Source: Eledone cirrhosa (taxonomy: Eukaryota). From it: a stretch of 64,000 nt of DNA. Of the stretch, positions 49,977-64,000 are shown piece after piece (position 1 is the stretch's first letter; each line of letters begins with the position of its first letter). A program made the position numbers and the translations under genes. A model generated the notes under the pieces. That model was not told the origin of the DNA, searched no databases, and saw nothing but the letters and a program-made list of their open reading frames with translations. The stretch is taken from assembly GCA_964016885.1 (NCBI GenBank), contig OZ024747.1, positions 83,700,001 through 83,764,000 on the forward strand, in the 5' to 3' direction.

Positions 49977-51061
49977 TATCATCATCATAATCACCATTTA
50001 AGGTCCATTTTTCCATGTTAGCATGGCTTAGACGGGTTGTCCTGTTGGAGGCAAGTTGGGTCCGGTGATTGTGTCTTGCTCACACAGAACTGTTTCTGGC
50101 TTGGTGTCTACAGCTGGATGCCCTTCCTAATACCAACCATATTTACAGTGTGTGCTGGGTGCTTTTTGTCATGACACTTACACGAACACATTACAGTGTG
50201 TGTGTGTATATATATATATGTATATGTGTGTGTGTGTGTGTTTACATTGTTGTATGTGTTTGTGTTATTGTCCTGTAACTTAGTGTCCAACAAAAAGTGA
50301 ATGGTACTATAAGTACCAGACTTGAAAAAATAAGAACTGGATTTAATATGATTGACTAAATCCCTTAAAAACGGTGCTCCAGCATGGCTGCAAACTACTG
50401 ACTGAAACTAGTAAAAGAATAAATGAATAAACTTAAATACAAGTCAAATGTTATGGCACCAATATGGTTAAGAAGCTCACTTTGCAACAACTCAGTACCT
50501 TGGGTAAATGACTCCTACCATATTCTTTGGTAGACAGAAACTGCACAAACGCCCGTTATGTATATAAATATCTCTTACTGGTCTTCATGATTACATAGTA
50601 TTTAGATAAAACCATAATTTAACTACAGATCCTCTGATTTTAACCCTTTCATTACCGTATTTCTAATGAAATACTTTATATTTTAATTACTTTGGAAAGT
50701 TTTAATTTCAGTAGGAACCTTTTAAAATGAGTTGTTTTGTTTCATGAAAGCCAATGTGGTTTGGGGAGAGGTTGGTATCAAAAAGGTCACAGTTAGTTCC
50801 CCACCCCCATCTCTATGTCTAAAGTCTGTCTTAAGCCAGGCATGTTAGGCTGGTGCTTATCCTGGTTTCATGGCGTGAAGCGACTGAGAGTAAAAGACTT
50901 CCCACTGGACAGGACGCCAGTCCATCGCAGGATTAATCCCCAGTTATTGTTGGTACTCATTTTCAGCTGTGTATACTGGAGCAGCGTGAAATGAAGTGTT
51001 TTGCTCAAGAACACAACACGCCACCCAGGCCAGGAATCAAACCCACAACAATATGATCGTA

Positions 51062-51522
51062 AGTTCAGGATACAAACACATAAAGAATTAGAACACAATA
51101 GGCCTGACCTGGTGATTTTTGACAAGAAAAGAAGATCATGCCTGATTGTAAATGTAGCTTGCCCCTTTGACACAGGAGTGCAAGAAAAGAAGGAGGAGAA
51201 AATTAACCGATACCAGGATTTAAAGTGGGAATTAAAAAGGATTTGGGACTGGCACGAGATCAAGGTCATCCTGATTGTCATAGGCGCACTAGGCACTATC
51301 TCAAAGAGTTTCCAAGGATGGTTAAAGAACATTACCAGACCCCCTTTTTTGGAACACCTCAAAAGGCATGCTTGCTGGGAACAGCAAGAACCCTCTGATA
51401 CGTCCTGAATATCTGAGGCTGCAGGTAGCAGCTTGATGTTCATTTGAACAAACTTTCCAGTTAAATAACATCAATGACTGAGACTCCAAGAAAATAATAA
51501 TAATAATTGTGATAATAATAAA
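51062..51522 (+). mobile_element. Dong/R4-clade non-LTR retrotransposon 3' fragment (restriction-like endonuclease domain)
   Basis: IQTHKELEHNRPDLVIFDK...ACPFD...EKINRYQDLKWELKRIW...IVIGALG; (TAA)n tail. The ORF N-terminus is an adjacent antisense SINE. Confidence 0.85.
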
Positions 51523-52037
51523 ACATAAATTGATACACTTTACTAGCTATCCTGCTACAGAAATATTGAAATACTGTCTAATCTAAACACCAATTTTACA
51601 TTTATCAAATATAATCTGCCCCTCTCATAATATCCTATCTTTATTTTATGTATAATTTTTCAGTTTCTTTAAAGATTGTGCACATATTTATTTACAATTT
51701 CAATCTTCATTTGTCTGTAAGGCTATCAACCAAAAAATATGTGAAATTCCTTTGCAAATATATAATGCTAAATATAATTCAATTATCAAAAATTCCATTA
51801 CACAACAAATATGATAGTGAGTGGAAGAAAAAAACACATTTTTAAACATCTGATGAAAAGGAAAAAAAAAATAATGATATCACAGAATTTATATTGAAAA
51901 AATATAGATATTTATGAAAGAAAAAAAACACTATAGAAATTGCTCTATTTTCTTGATTGTAATTATGTAATTATATGTAAATCATTATAGAAATTTTTTT
52001 AATTATCTCTCTCACTCTCTCTCTCTCTCTATCTATC

Positions 52038-52088
<51 letters not shown>

Positions 52089-52196
52089 GTATGTATATAT
52101 CTTGGTAAATGTATATATATATATATGTATATATCTTGATAAATGTATGTATATATATATATATGTATATATATGTATATTATTTCTTGGTAAATG

Positions 52197-52235
<39 letters not shown>

Positions 52236-52353
52236 GGATATGCAGACCCTGTAGCTGCGCCCAGTTCAAGGCAGTGTCATGTTACATAACACTGCTTTGA
52301 ATGTCACGACTTACAACGACTGCATATACAAAGATGTTCCTTGAGATACAATG

Positions 52354-52391
<38 letters not shown>

Positions 52392-52917
52392 ATGTGTGTA
52401 TGTGTGTGTGTTTGTGTGTGTATGTGTGTGTACATGTGTATGCGTGTGCCTGAGCATGTGTGTGTGTGTGTGTGTGCATATGCGTGTTGGACCATCATTG
52501 GTTCTCACAAAGAGTGTATCAGGAAATTAATGAAGATTTGGCTGAGTATTCCATGGACACGTACACTTGTAATGTAATCCTCCGAGATTCAGCATGACAC
52601 TGTGGGTGACACGGCTGTCCTTGGAATTACAGGTACAACACATCTTTGCCAGCTGAGTGTACTGGAAGAACGGAATAACGTGAAATAAAGTGTTTTGCTC
52701 AGGGCCACAACGTGCCACCTGAAATGGAAGTCATGATGTGTATATATATATATATATGTATATGTGTATGTATATGTGTGTATATATATATATATGTGTG
52801 TGTGTGTATATATTGTATGTATATATATGTACATTCATGCCCCCACTACATATATATATGTATGCTAGCGTGGAAGATGGACATTAAACGAAGATGATGA
52901 TGATGATGATATATATA

Positions 52918-52963
<46 letters not shown>

Positions 52964-53118
52964 ATATTTAGGTTGACCAACTTGTCAAGTGAATATGGAT
53001 CACAGATATAATAACATCAAAACACTGTTGGCTTTGAGACGAGATCCTCTCACACTGCAGTATCTCATTTTTTGCAGAAGACTTGGATCATCTTAGACTT
53101 TCCAGCTTCTCTCGCTTA

Positions 53119-53213
53119 CTTAACAGGTGAAAGGTGTTTCTCTTGAAATTGTCTTAACAGGTGAAAGGTGTTTCTCTTGAAATTGTCTTAACAGGTGAAA
53201 GGAGTTTCTCTTG
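53119..53213. repeat. 34-bp tandem repeat, ~3 copies
   Basis: cttaacaggtgaaaggtgtttctcttgaaattgt at 53119, 53153 and 53187. Confidence 0.9.
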
Positions 53214-53324
53214 ATTGAAACTTTTTCTCCCTCAACCTATTGTATTCCATTTTTTAATGAATTTTCATTATATTTTTAATTAGTTTTTATGTAATACGGA
53301 AAACAAACATTGTAAAAATACCAA

Positions 53325-54546
<1,222 letters not shown>

Positions 54547-54624
54547 ATGCATCAAATTCTGCCTGGCGGTGAATGAATGAGAGGTTATCTTCTTTAATAT
54601 GTAATTATTCTCCTTATGTATGTG

Positions 54625-54658
<34 letters not shown>

Positions 54659-57488
54659 CACACATACATATATGTAAATATATATATATATATTTGCATA
54701 TGTATTTTTACCACGGAAATAGTGCTAGTCCTGTAAAAGTCACTTTTCAGTAAATAAATGTATCCTCTTTACTTCATGTATTTAGTACCTTACTTTCATT
54801 GTAGTTCCTCTTTTGTTATAGTGAATATACATGTCTGTATATATATATATGCATACACACACACACACATATATATATACATATATATATACTGTGGCGG
54901 ACTGGCTAGGTCGTCAGCTTGCTTGATTGCAAGTAGGCCCCACGTGGTCCCACAGTAGCACTTCAGGAACCAATGCAAAAAATTTTGCTTTCAAGGAGAA
55001 TATCAGAAGTCCTACAGAAAGAATAACAAATTGAATAAAAAACAAACAAACGAATGGAACATTGCAATTCCCTGTGAGAGTCAGGTACGCAATGATCATT
55101 AACAAGACTGAAGATCAAACACTGCAGGTTGTGGTCTTCACCTAGAAGAGGGCTGTTTCTCACATGGTCAATTGTATATAGGTTGTTCCAGGAAGCCTCC
55201 ATATATATATATGCTGTCGTTGTAACTGAGTCGTCGAAATGTTTGTGCAGTGTATTTTAAATATAATATTTTCAACATCAATTCAACAAATCCTGTTACA
55301 CTGTGCAAAATATCGGCTGGAGACATTTAGCAGGAATAATGTTCTTCTGAGCTATTTTTACTTTATGATAAATTATGTTGTGTTTTCCCCCGTTATCTCT
55401 AACATTGTCAGCAGTGAATGGGAGATTCTTTAGATCCAGAACTGACGTCTTTCGTGTTATTTTCTCTCATGCGTCATTATTACTGCTGTAAAAGTCAAAT
55501 AACATATGTTACACCCACTTCTTAAAACGGATGTACCTCAGAAGTATTGGGAAACATACTGTTGCACCTTTGTTTGAAGCATCAGTTATTACTGAAAAAA
55601 GGAAATCATGTTCTTTGAAATACTCCACATGCTTTTGTATAGACTGCAGCCCGAGAATATTTTCCTATAAAGATTTTGCTTTAGGTTTCACATAGGTTAC
55701 ACTGTCATTGAATAACTACTTATTTCTGTTTCAACATTTAATTCCACATTCAACACATATCTATAACTGATGTTGCTTCACAGCAGGAAACACTTAAACC
55801 AGGATTCACCAAAGCGGTCAATATCTACTCCCAGGACTCGGTGGGAATACTCAGAAGCTCCATTGAATTTTCGGATCAAAATCTGACATTTATACAAGAA
55901 GTGAAAATACATAAACTAATACAATAAAATGCATCTTCCTTATACAGGCTTTTGATCTATACGTAGCTAGTCTTTATCAACTATTTATTTAATATTCTGT
56001 TTACTGATTTATTTCTTATTTATTTTTGTACATGTCTGTGGTCAACGAACAGCCAAGGATTTCACGAAGAGGTCTATGATAAAAAAACGTTTTAAACAGT
56101 TCTGCAGCGAAGATTGTGTAATCGTGTGTTGATCGAGCTTGGGGAGAAAAATAACGATAACGATGACATCATACCAGCAAGCAGAACTTTAACCACTTTG
56201 TTATCATATTTCTTAGAAAAGAATCTACTTATGACTTTGAAAATAATCAAGAATTTGAATGACTTAATCAAATAACTAACTTTCTGGATATTAAGGTAGT
56301 GTTTGAAATGTAACTAGAAATTATGATAGAAGATATTTAGATAAATATGAACTCGCTATAATAAACAAGTTTTGTATCATAGAACTAGTTTCATGCGGTT
56401 TGTTATCAAAAGGGTTAACTTTATGTTTATTTGTGGTAATGTATTACTCGGCTGCACTTTCCCTCTTACTGCCAACTTCTTCATCAATAACGGCAGATTG
56501 CATAAATACACGAAAATTATCTTTTCTGCTTTGAGCAATAAATCCAAATTTGTTGGTTCATTCATGGTTAAATGTAATATTTCACTTATGGCATTTTCAT
56601 CTTGTATGTACCGACAATATAACTTATACCCTCCCTACAAGCAGGCAGCGAGTTGCCGGTGAAAAAATAGACCATACGTCATATAACATGCCAATAAATT
56701 TTAAATAAATTGTTATAAACTATGTTTACCTTAGGCGGAGAATTGGAGAATTGTAAAACACCGGATAGAATGTTTTTGTTCCGACTCTCTGAACTCAAAA
56801 TTCAACCCCGCCGGAGATAACTATGCTTTTCCTTATTTCAAGATCGATAAAAAAAAAGGACCAGTCCAGTACTGGGGTTGTTTCTTCCCCTTATCTCTTT
56901 CCCTTTTCTCTATCAGTTTTTCTCCTCTATCAGTTTTTTTCATCTCTAGACGAAATATGTTTAGATATGGGTTACACCAGGTTTTTAAAAATGCCTCCAA
57001 AACGCAGTCAGTGACTGCGGCACCCCTAGAATTCCACTAAAAGTTATATATAAAGGCAGCAAAAACTTTATAGATAAGATTTTTACAGTTTTAATATATT
57101 TGAAGTAATTTATATATAAATTTTAAGTCGATATTTGTTTCGTCTCACAGCACTGTATTCTAATCCCGCCAAGATAAACATTGTTTTTAGTCTTTCGAGG
57201 TCGATAAATAAATTGCAAGTTGAGGAAGGCGAGGATTGGTAGAACTGTTACAGAGTTGGGCGGGAGGCTTTGTGGTATATAATCCGTTTTGTGCGTTCTG
57301 AGTTCAAACCCCGCCACCTTTAGTCAGGATCTGCGACAGGCAGGTAATATAAGTATGCAAAAGAAAAATAGAATTAAGTTTCTGACGATAGGATCCTTTC
57401 CTCTTTTTAACCAGATCTCAAAACCTAGGACAAATTAACGTCCGCCATGGCTTCTCGCCATACAAAGAACAGAACACTGTCAAATACC

Positions 57489-58628
<1,140 letters not shown>

Positions 58629-58642
58629 TATATATATATATG

Positions 58643-59037
58643 TCTCTAAAACAGAGAATGCCTGTCTGTCTGTCTGACTCTCTAAAACTTGAGAACCACC
58701 CAACCGATTGTTTTCAAACTTTACACATGTAATACTTAGGGTCCTGTGAGTGTTTTGAGCAAAAATTTTCAATGCCCTGGGGACCACATTAGGCGATTTA
58801 GCGATCTCTCTCTATAATTCTTAGTCTTTCTTTTTAGATAGATACATAGATATAACGTTGCGCCCTTATAATATCTGGCTGTCTGCATTACGACATTATG
58901 ACGCTGTGTGTGTGTATATATAGTATGAACGGTTTTCGAAATATTTACTTCTGCGTTCACAGATTGATTTTTTTTAGTTTCAGAAGATCCCGTTAAGGGT
59001 GAGAGCAGCGATTCTTTGCTTAAACTTTAATCTGTTA

Positions 59038-59085
<48 letters not shown>

Positions 59086-59230
59086 TATATTCGTGTAGAG
59101 ATAATTTTGCATACACAATAACAAAATATAAACAAACGTATTTATTTCACGAGGCTCGATAAGGATAAATATATATCAAATATATAAGAACCCTAGAGAA
59201 AATCCTGAGCAACGCCGGGCATTCTGCTAG
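58643..59230 (+). mobile_element. Non-autonomous Helitron copy interrupted by CAGANGA-family fragments
   Basis: 58680-58905 is homologous (inverted) to ~8050-8290; 3' end cctgagcaacgccgggcattctgCTAG|T. Confidence 0.7.
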
Positions 59231-59641
59231 TATATATTAAAATAACAGATTAAAGTTTAAGCAAAGAATCGGTGCTTTCACCGTTAACGGGATCTTCTGA
59301 AACTAAAAAAATAAATCTATCAACGCAGAAGTAAATATTTCGAAAAACGTTGCAGCCGAGGGAAAACAGAAAGACGATACTTTGGTTCGTGAAGACGTTC
59401 CTTGGCAATGAATGGAAAAAAAAGCGAAGATAATACGTCGTTATGTGGAACGAGAGAACAATTACACACAAAGACAAAAAACCTAAACCGCGTTTATGGT
59501 ATAAATGGAGTCATTAGACTTAATTCTATTTAGGAAACCGAATGATTCTCAGCTCGGGAGTTGAAGAATAATGTAAATAAATTTGTTGAACGAAAATGAC
59601 AGAGGTTATTAAAATCGTAAAAGTAAGTAATAATAGTTAAG

Positions 59642-59672
<31 letters not shown>

Positions 59673-59683
59673 TAACAGATTAA

Positions 59684-59734
59684 AGTTTAAGCAAAGAATC
59701 GCTGCTTTCACCCTTAACGGGATCTTCTGAAACT
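59684..59734 (-). ncRNA. Hammerhead-like motif with CAGAAGA core (family copies at 49782+, 58976+, 59254-, 61560-)
   Basis: Minus strand: agttt CAGAAGA t ccc-gttaa-ggg t GAAA gca-gcgattctt-tgc TT aaact. Confidence 0.55.
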
Positions 59735-59792
59735 AAGTTATTCCGGGTTTAATCGGAGGTAACCACAGAAAGTAGGGTACTCAAAACATAGC

Positions 59793-59849
59793 AGGAGCTT
59801 CCTGATGATTTCTCACGAATGAAACAGTTCTAGTCCGGTAGAAGCTCTT
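59793..59849 (+). ncRNA. Minimal type I hammerhead ribozyme
   Basis: aggagcttc CTGATGA t ttc-tcac-gaa t GAAA cagttctagtccgg TA gaagctctt; 9-bp stem I, GUA site, only 2 bp of stem III. Confidence 0.7.
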
Positions 59850-59864
59850 ATATATATATATATA

Positions 59865-60322
59865 CATACATAAATGTAAGTATGTATGTATACGTACATA
59901 CATATATATATACAGACGTACAGTAGTATGTATATATATACATACATGCACACATATATATATATGTACGTATGGGTTTGTTTGTAAACAAACAGCCCGA
60001 ATTATAATAAATCAGCCATACTAAGAGTGAGAAATGAAATTTCGTTTCATTCTTTTCCATTTATACATACATAAATTTATATATATATATGGTTCCCTGA
60101 ACACTGTACGGCGTAATTCGGGCTGTTTGTTTACAAACAAACCGAACATTATAATAAATGTTCGGTAAACCCATGCGTACATATATATGTGTGCATGTAT
60201 GTATATACATACTACTGTACGTCTGTATACATATATGTATGTACGTATACATACATACTTACATTTAAATATCAGCCGTACTAAGATTGAGAAATGAAAT
60301 TTCGTTTCATTCTTTTAAATAA
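59865..60322. mobile_element. Inverted pair of fragments related to the 57636-58628 family
   Basis: Shares tactgtacgtctgtatacat... and actaaga(g/t)tgagaaatgaaatttcgtttc; ~59870-60000 is inverted relative to ~60120-60270. Confidence 0.65.
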
Positions 60323-60340
60323 ATATATATATATACATAT

Positions 60341-60442
<102 letters not shown>

Positions 60443-60443
60443 G

Positions 60444-60523
<80 letters not shown>

Positions 60524-60524
60524 G

Positions 60525-60566
<42 letters not shown>

Positions 60567-60573
<7 letters not shown>

Positions 60574-61472
60574 TTATAAGAATCAAAGAACTGTTCAAAA
60601 CATTTTTATGCTTACAACTGTTTCCTCCAATACAGTAGGTTGTTACGTTGCAACCTACTGTATTGAGCTAAAGAACATCAGACTACGATTCTCTAATAGG
60701 ATTGTCAAACGCCCAATATCGAATCGTCGTGGATTATGTGAGGGGATATAATCTGAAAAATACGCTCCCCAGAATATGAAAATGTCGCAGTGCATGAAAT
60801 CCATATCTTCGCTTCGCTACGCATTTCCAATATTTTTAATGCTTACATTATTTTTAATGCTTATATTATTTCTCCACCCACAGGCTATAATAATCATATA
60901 AAGAATTCATTACCAGATCAACCCCCTTAACACTCTTGATTACCTGCTTAAGTGCTTCTATTACACGTAACTCTCTGCCACACTATATAAACAAGACACA
61001 CGTGCTTGCCACACGTATAACTATTGCACTCTATCACCGCTTAATTTCATGTTGTATTTTAACCTGTATTTTTGATTGTATCTTTTAATATGAATGTAAT
61101 CTCTAAATGTGTACTGTCACACTAAATGCTGTAATGAATGTTGACCCGCAATATTTGCATATGTATCTGTATGTCTCTTGGGTGAAAAGGAGGTCATATA
61201 AGTGTTCATTCAATAATAAATTGCTCCGAAGAATCCAAACCTCGGTTTGGAGGAAACAGTTGTAGGCATAAAAATGTTTTGAACAGTTCTTTGATTCTTA
61301 TAATTCATATAACTGCTCTGTAAATCATCTGATGTTATTACATTGAGCTATTTAACTTACTGGTAATAAGGTAGTAATATATTACTGCCTACCACTATTT
61401 AGGGTTTATAAAAATATATATAACTACAAAAGGTTTTTGTATTTGCATAACCATAAATAGTATACTTAATAC
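60567..61472 (+). mobile_element. Penelope-like 3'/pLTR remnant with inverted 5' segment, in (TA)n
   Basis: 60567-60630 is the reverse complement of 61247-61310; contains a hammerhead-like motif; flanked by (TA)n. Confidence 0.65.
61222..61268 (+). ncRNA. Minimal hammerhead-like motif with CCGAAGA core
   Basis: tgct CCGAAGA a tccaaac-ctcg-gtttgga g GAAA cagttg TA ggca. Confidence 0.6.
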
Positions 61473-61495
61473 TATATATATATATATATATACGT

Positions 61496-61539
<44 letters not shown>

Positions 61540-61648
61540 TTATTAAAATAACAGATTAAAGTTTAAGCAAAGAATTGCTGCTTTCACCCTTAACGGGATC
61601 GTCTGAAACTAACAAAGTCAATCTGTAAACGCAGAAGTGGATATTTCA

Positions 61649-62810
61649 TTTTCGAGTACGGCCACTACTTTATATCCATGTAGGAGAACCCCTACCGATG
61701 CGCTAAACAAGTGTGACTTTTTAGTCCAGCCAGCGACTTGAAAACTCTGGTACAAACACTACACCTGTGACAATTATTGACACATAGTGCTGGGGGCATG
61801 GCACCATGTGACGACAAGTGCAGAGATATCTCCAGATATAAAGCAATGCCTGTGCCGTGAAGCTTTTATAGTGAGCAAAGGCACTGCACAAAGCCAGTCC
61901 CACTCTCTTAACCAAGATGATATTTACCAAAAAGAAGAACAAGTCAATATCATTGGATACCATCAGGGTTACAGGTGTTATATCAGAGTTTTCCTTCTCC
62001 TAGAATTCTGCCTAGACAAAGGCTAAGGGGTCATCTCTCCCGGATACATACATACATACATACATACATACATACATACATACATACATACATACATACA
62101 TACACACATATATATATATATACATGGTGGCTGCCAACTCGTTTTCGAGTACGGCCACTACTTTATATCCATGTAGGAGAACCCCTACCGATGCGCTGAA
62201 CGAGTGTGACTTTTTAGTCCAGCCAGCGACTTGAAAACTCTGGTACAAACACTACACTTGAGACAATTATTGACACATAGTGCTGGGCCCATGGTACCAT
62301 GTGATGACAAGTGCAGAGAGATCTCCAGATATAAAGCAATGCCTGTGCCGTGAAGCTTTTATAGTGAGCAAAGGCACTGCACAAAGCCAGTCCCACTCTC
62401 TTAACCAAGATGATATTTACCAAAAAGAAGAACAAGTCAACATCGTTGGATACCATCAGGGTTGCAGGTGTTATATCAGAGTTTTCCTTCTCCTAGTATT
62501 CTGCATTGACAAAGGCTAAAGGGTCATCTCTCCCAGTGATTTTGGCTGGCTATTGACTCTTAAGAGCTCCCTTGCCCTTTGACAGGTTTTGTTTTTAGTC
62601 CTGCAGGATGTCTAATGTCACCCTCCTCACCAAGAAACCTTGGTGGGGTTGCCAGTTTAGTCGCCAACGACCCGACCATGGGACAGGTTGTACTGGGATA
62701 CATGTTACCAGTAGCACCATACATACATACATGGTGGCTGCCAACTCGTTTTCGAGTACGGCCACTACTTTATATCCATGTAGGAGAACCCCTACCGATG
62801 CGCTGAACGA
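61649..62810 (-). mobile_element. Tandem array of an internally deleted RTE-derived element (full copy 62123-62718; partial copies 61649-62040 and 62731-62810)
   Basis: Minus strand: RTE-type 5' UTR (ggagaaggaaaactctga) joined to a C2H2 finger CSVCTRVFKSLAGLKSHTRSAH* and an (ATGT)n tail. Confidence 0.7.
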
Positions 62811-62836
62811 TATACATACATACATACATACATACA

Positions 62837-62867
<31 letters not shown>

Positions 62868-62909
62868 GCATACAAATCTACATTTACACGGTTTTGTAAT
62901 AGATAGATG

Positions 62910-62992
<83 letters not shown>

Positions 62993-62994
<2 letters not shown>

Positions 62995-63663
62995 CCCATT
63001 TGCAACGCCGCAGCTCCATTATTATCATTTTTACACATATATTTTTTCCTCCGCTGCTACGCGTCTGTTTCGTTCTTTGTATCTTTACCCTTTCTAGCAG
63101 TCTCTCTCTCTCTCTCTGTTAGCCTCTTCCTCACCTTTCACTCATTCTCTGTCACTACCTCTCCTCCTCCCCTTTCTTCCCGTTTGACCTGTCCGTAATT
63201 CTTTTCTCGCGCGTTCTTGGCCAAGCCGGTATGAATTTTTTCTCTCTCTCTCTCTCTCTCGTCTGCGACTTCACAGAACTTATGTTTACCGAATTCGCAG
63301 ACCAGACCCCTTCTTCCTCCCATTAGACCTGTGCGAAATTCCTTCCTTGCTCACATTTCAACCAGGTTTGATGGTCTTTATTCTCTCGTTCACGATTCCA
63401 CCGAATTTATATTCATAGAAATCTGGGACTTGTTTCTTTCTTCTTCATCACTTTCTGTTGCTTAAACCATTTTGTTTGTTTACCGTAGCGTCCCCTTTAT
63501 TTACGTGTCCCAACGACTTTTTTTAGCCGTTGCTCGCACCAACCTGAGGTATATGGTCTTTAAAGCGATGAAATGCCTATGACAGTTGGAAGGCCACTGA
63601 TGAAGGACAAACTTTTTCATATGTAACCCATTTGCAACGCCGCAGCTCCATTATTATCATATT

Positions 63664-63668
<5 letters not shown>
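62993..63668. repeat. ~630-bp segment bounded by a direct repeat and enclosed by inverted repeats
   Basis: aacccatttgcaacgccgcagctccattattatcat at ~62993 and ~63625; ~62862-62915 is inverted relative to ~63715-63777. Confidence 0.65.
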
Positions 63669-63720
<52 letters not shown>

Positions 63721-64000
63721 CTGTATGCATCGATCTATTACATAAGCGTGTAAATGTAGATTTGTACGCATATGTATTTATGATTGTATGTATGGATGTA
63801 TGTATGTATATTTCACAAAGTTTTACCAATAGGGAGAGAGTCGGTTTCTAACATAGACACAAGACTCTCTCATTGCAATTTACACAACATCAACTAGGTA
63901 GATATGTATATATGTGTGCATGTGTAGATATGGATGTTATTGTATGTGTGGATGTGTATGTTTTGAGTTGTATGTGTGCATGTGTATATGCTTTGTATCT

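Noticed and set aside
51001-51408. 135-aa ORF as a standalone nuclease gene
   Set aside because: It is a chimera of an antisense SINE and a truncated Dong/R4 endonuclease fragment.
62600-62718. HDV-like or twister ribozyme at the 5' end of the RTE-derived element
   Set aside because: Hairpins are present, but I could not build the nested double-pseudoknot or twister core by eye.

Overview
Eukaryotic, very AT-rich, repeat-dense animal DNA. The SINE, RTE and Penelope content and the long (TA)n/(TACA)n tracts resemble a coleoid cephalopod (octopus-like) genome; this assignment is inference. The only host protein-coding gene I can support is the 3' part of a myocardin-related transcription factor (MRTF/MKL) on the + strand. 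Its six exons (3512-3587, 4392-4553, 18884-21407, 22334-22535, 22809-22980, 27045-27751) have GT-AG junctions and consistent phases and join into 3843 nt (1280 aa plus stop). They encode RPEL2, RPEL3, the basic B1 box, the Q-rich box, the SAP domain, a coiled coil, a PPxY motif and an acidic C-terminus. The start codon and RPEL1 lie upstream of the window. The rest is introns, probable 3' UTR and a transposon-rich intergenic region: RTE, CR1/L2-like and Dong/R4 LINE fragments, one Penelope-like element (RT + GIY-YIG), non-autonomous Helitrons, MITEs, tRNA-derived SINEs and satellites. The most notable unannotated signal is a set of at least seven sequence-unrelated minimal type I hammerhead-ribozyme folds, read by eye. 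They sit in Penelope-type or retrozyme-like repeats next to (TA)n tracts, and several lie at inversion breakpoints. Cores include canonical forms (58290, 59793, 46098, 38837) and non-canonical ones (family-wide CAGANGA; single-copy CCGAAGA and CUGUCGA). Also notable: an 11-fold SP repeat in MRTF, two candidate alternative exons that could yield an RPEL-less isoform, a 115-bp intronic hairpin, and a minisatellite amplified from a SINE B-box. All calls are by eye; no searches or folding programs were run.
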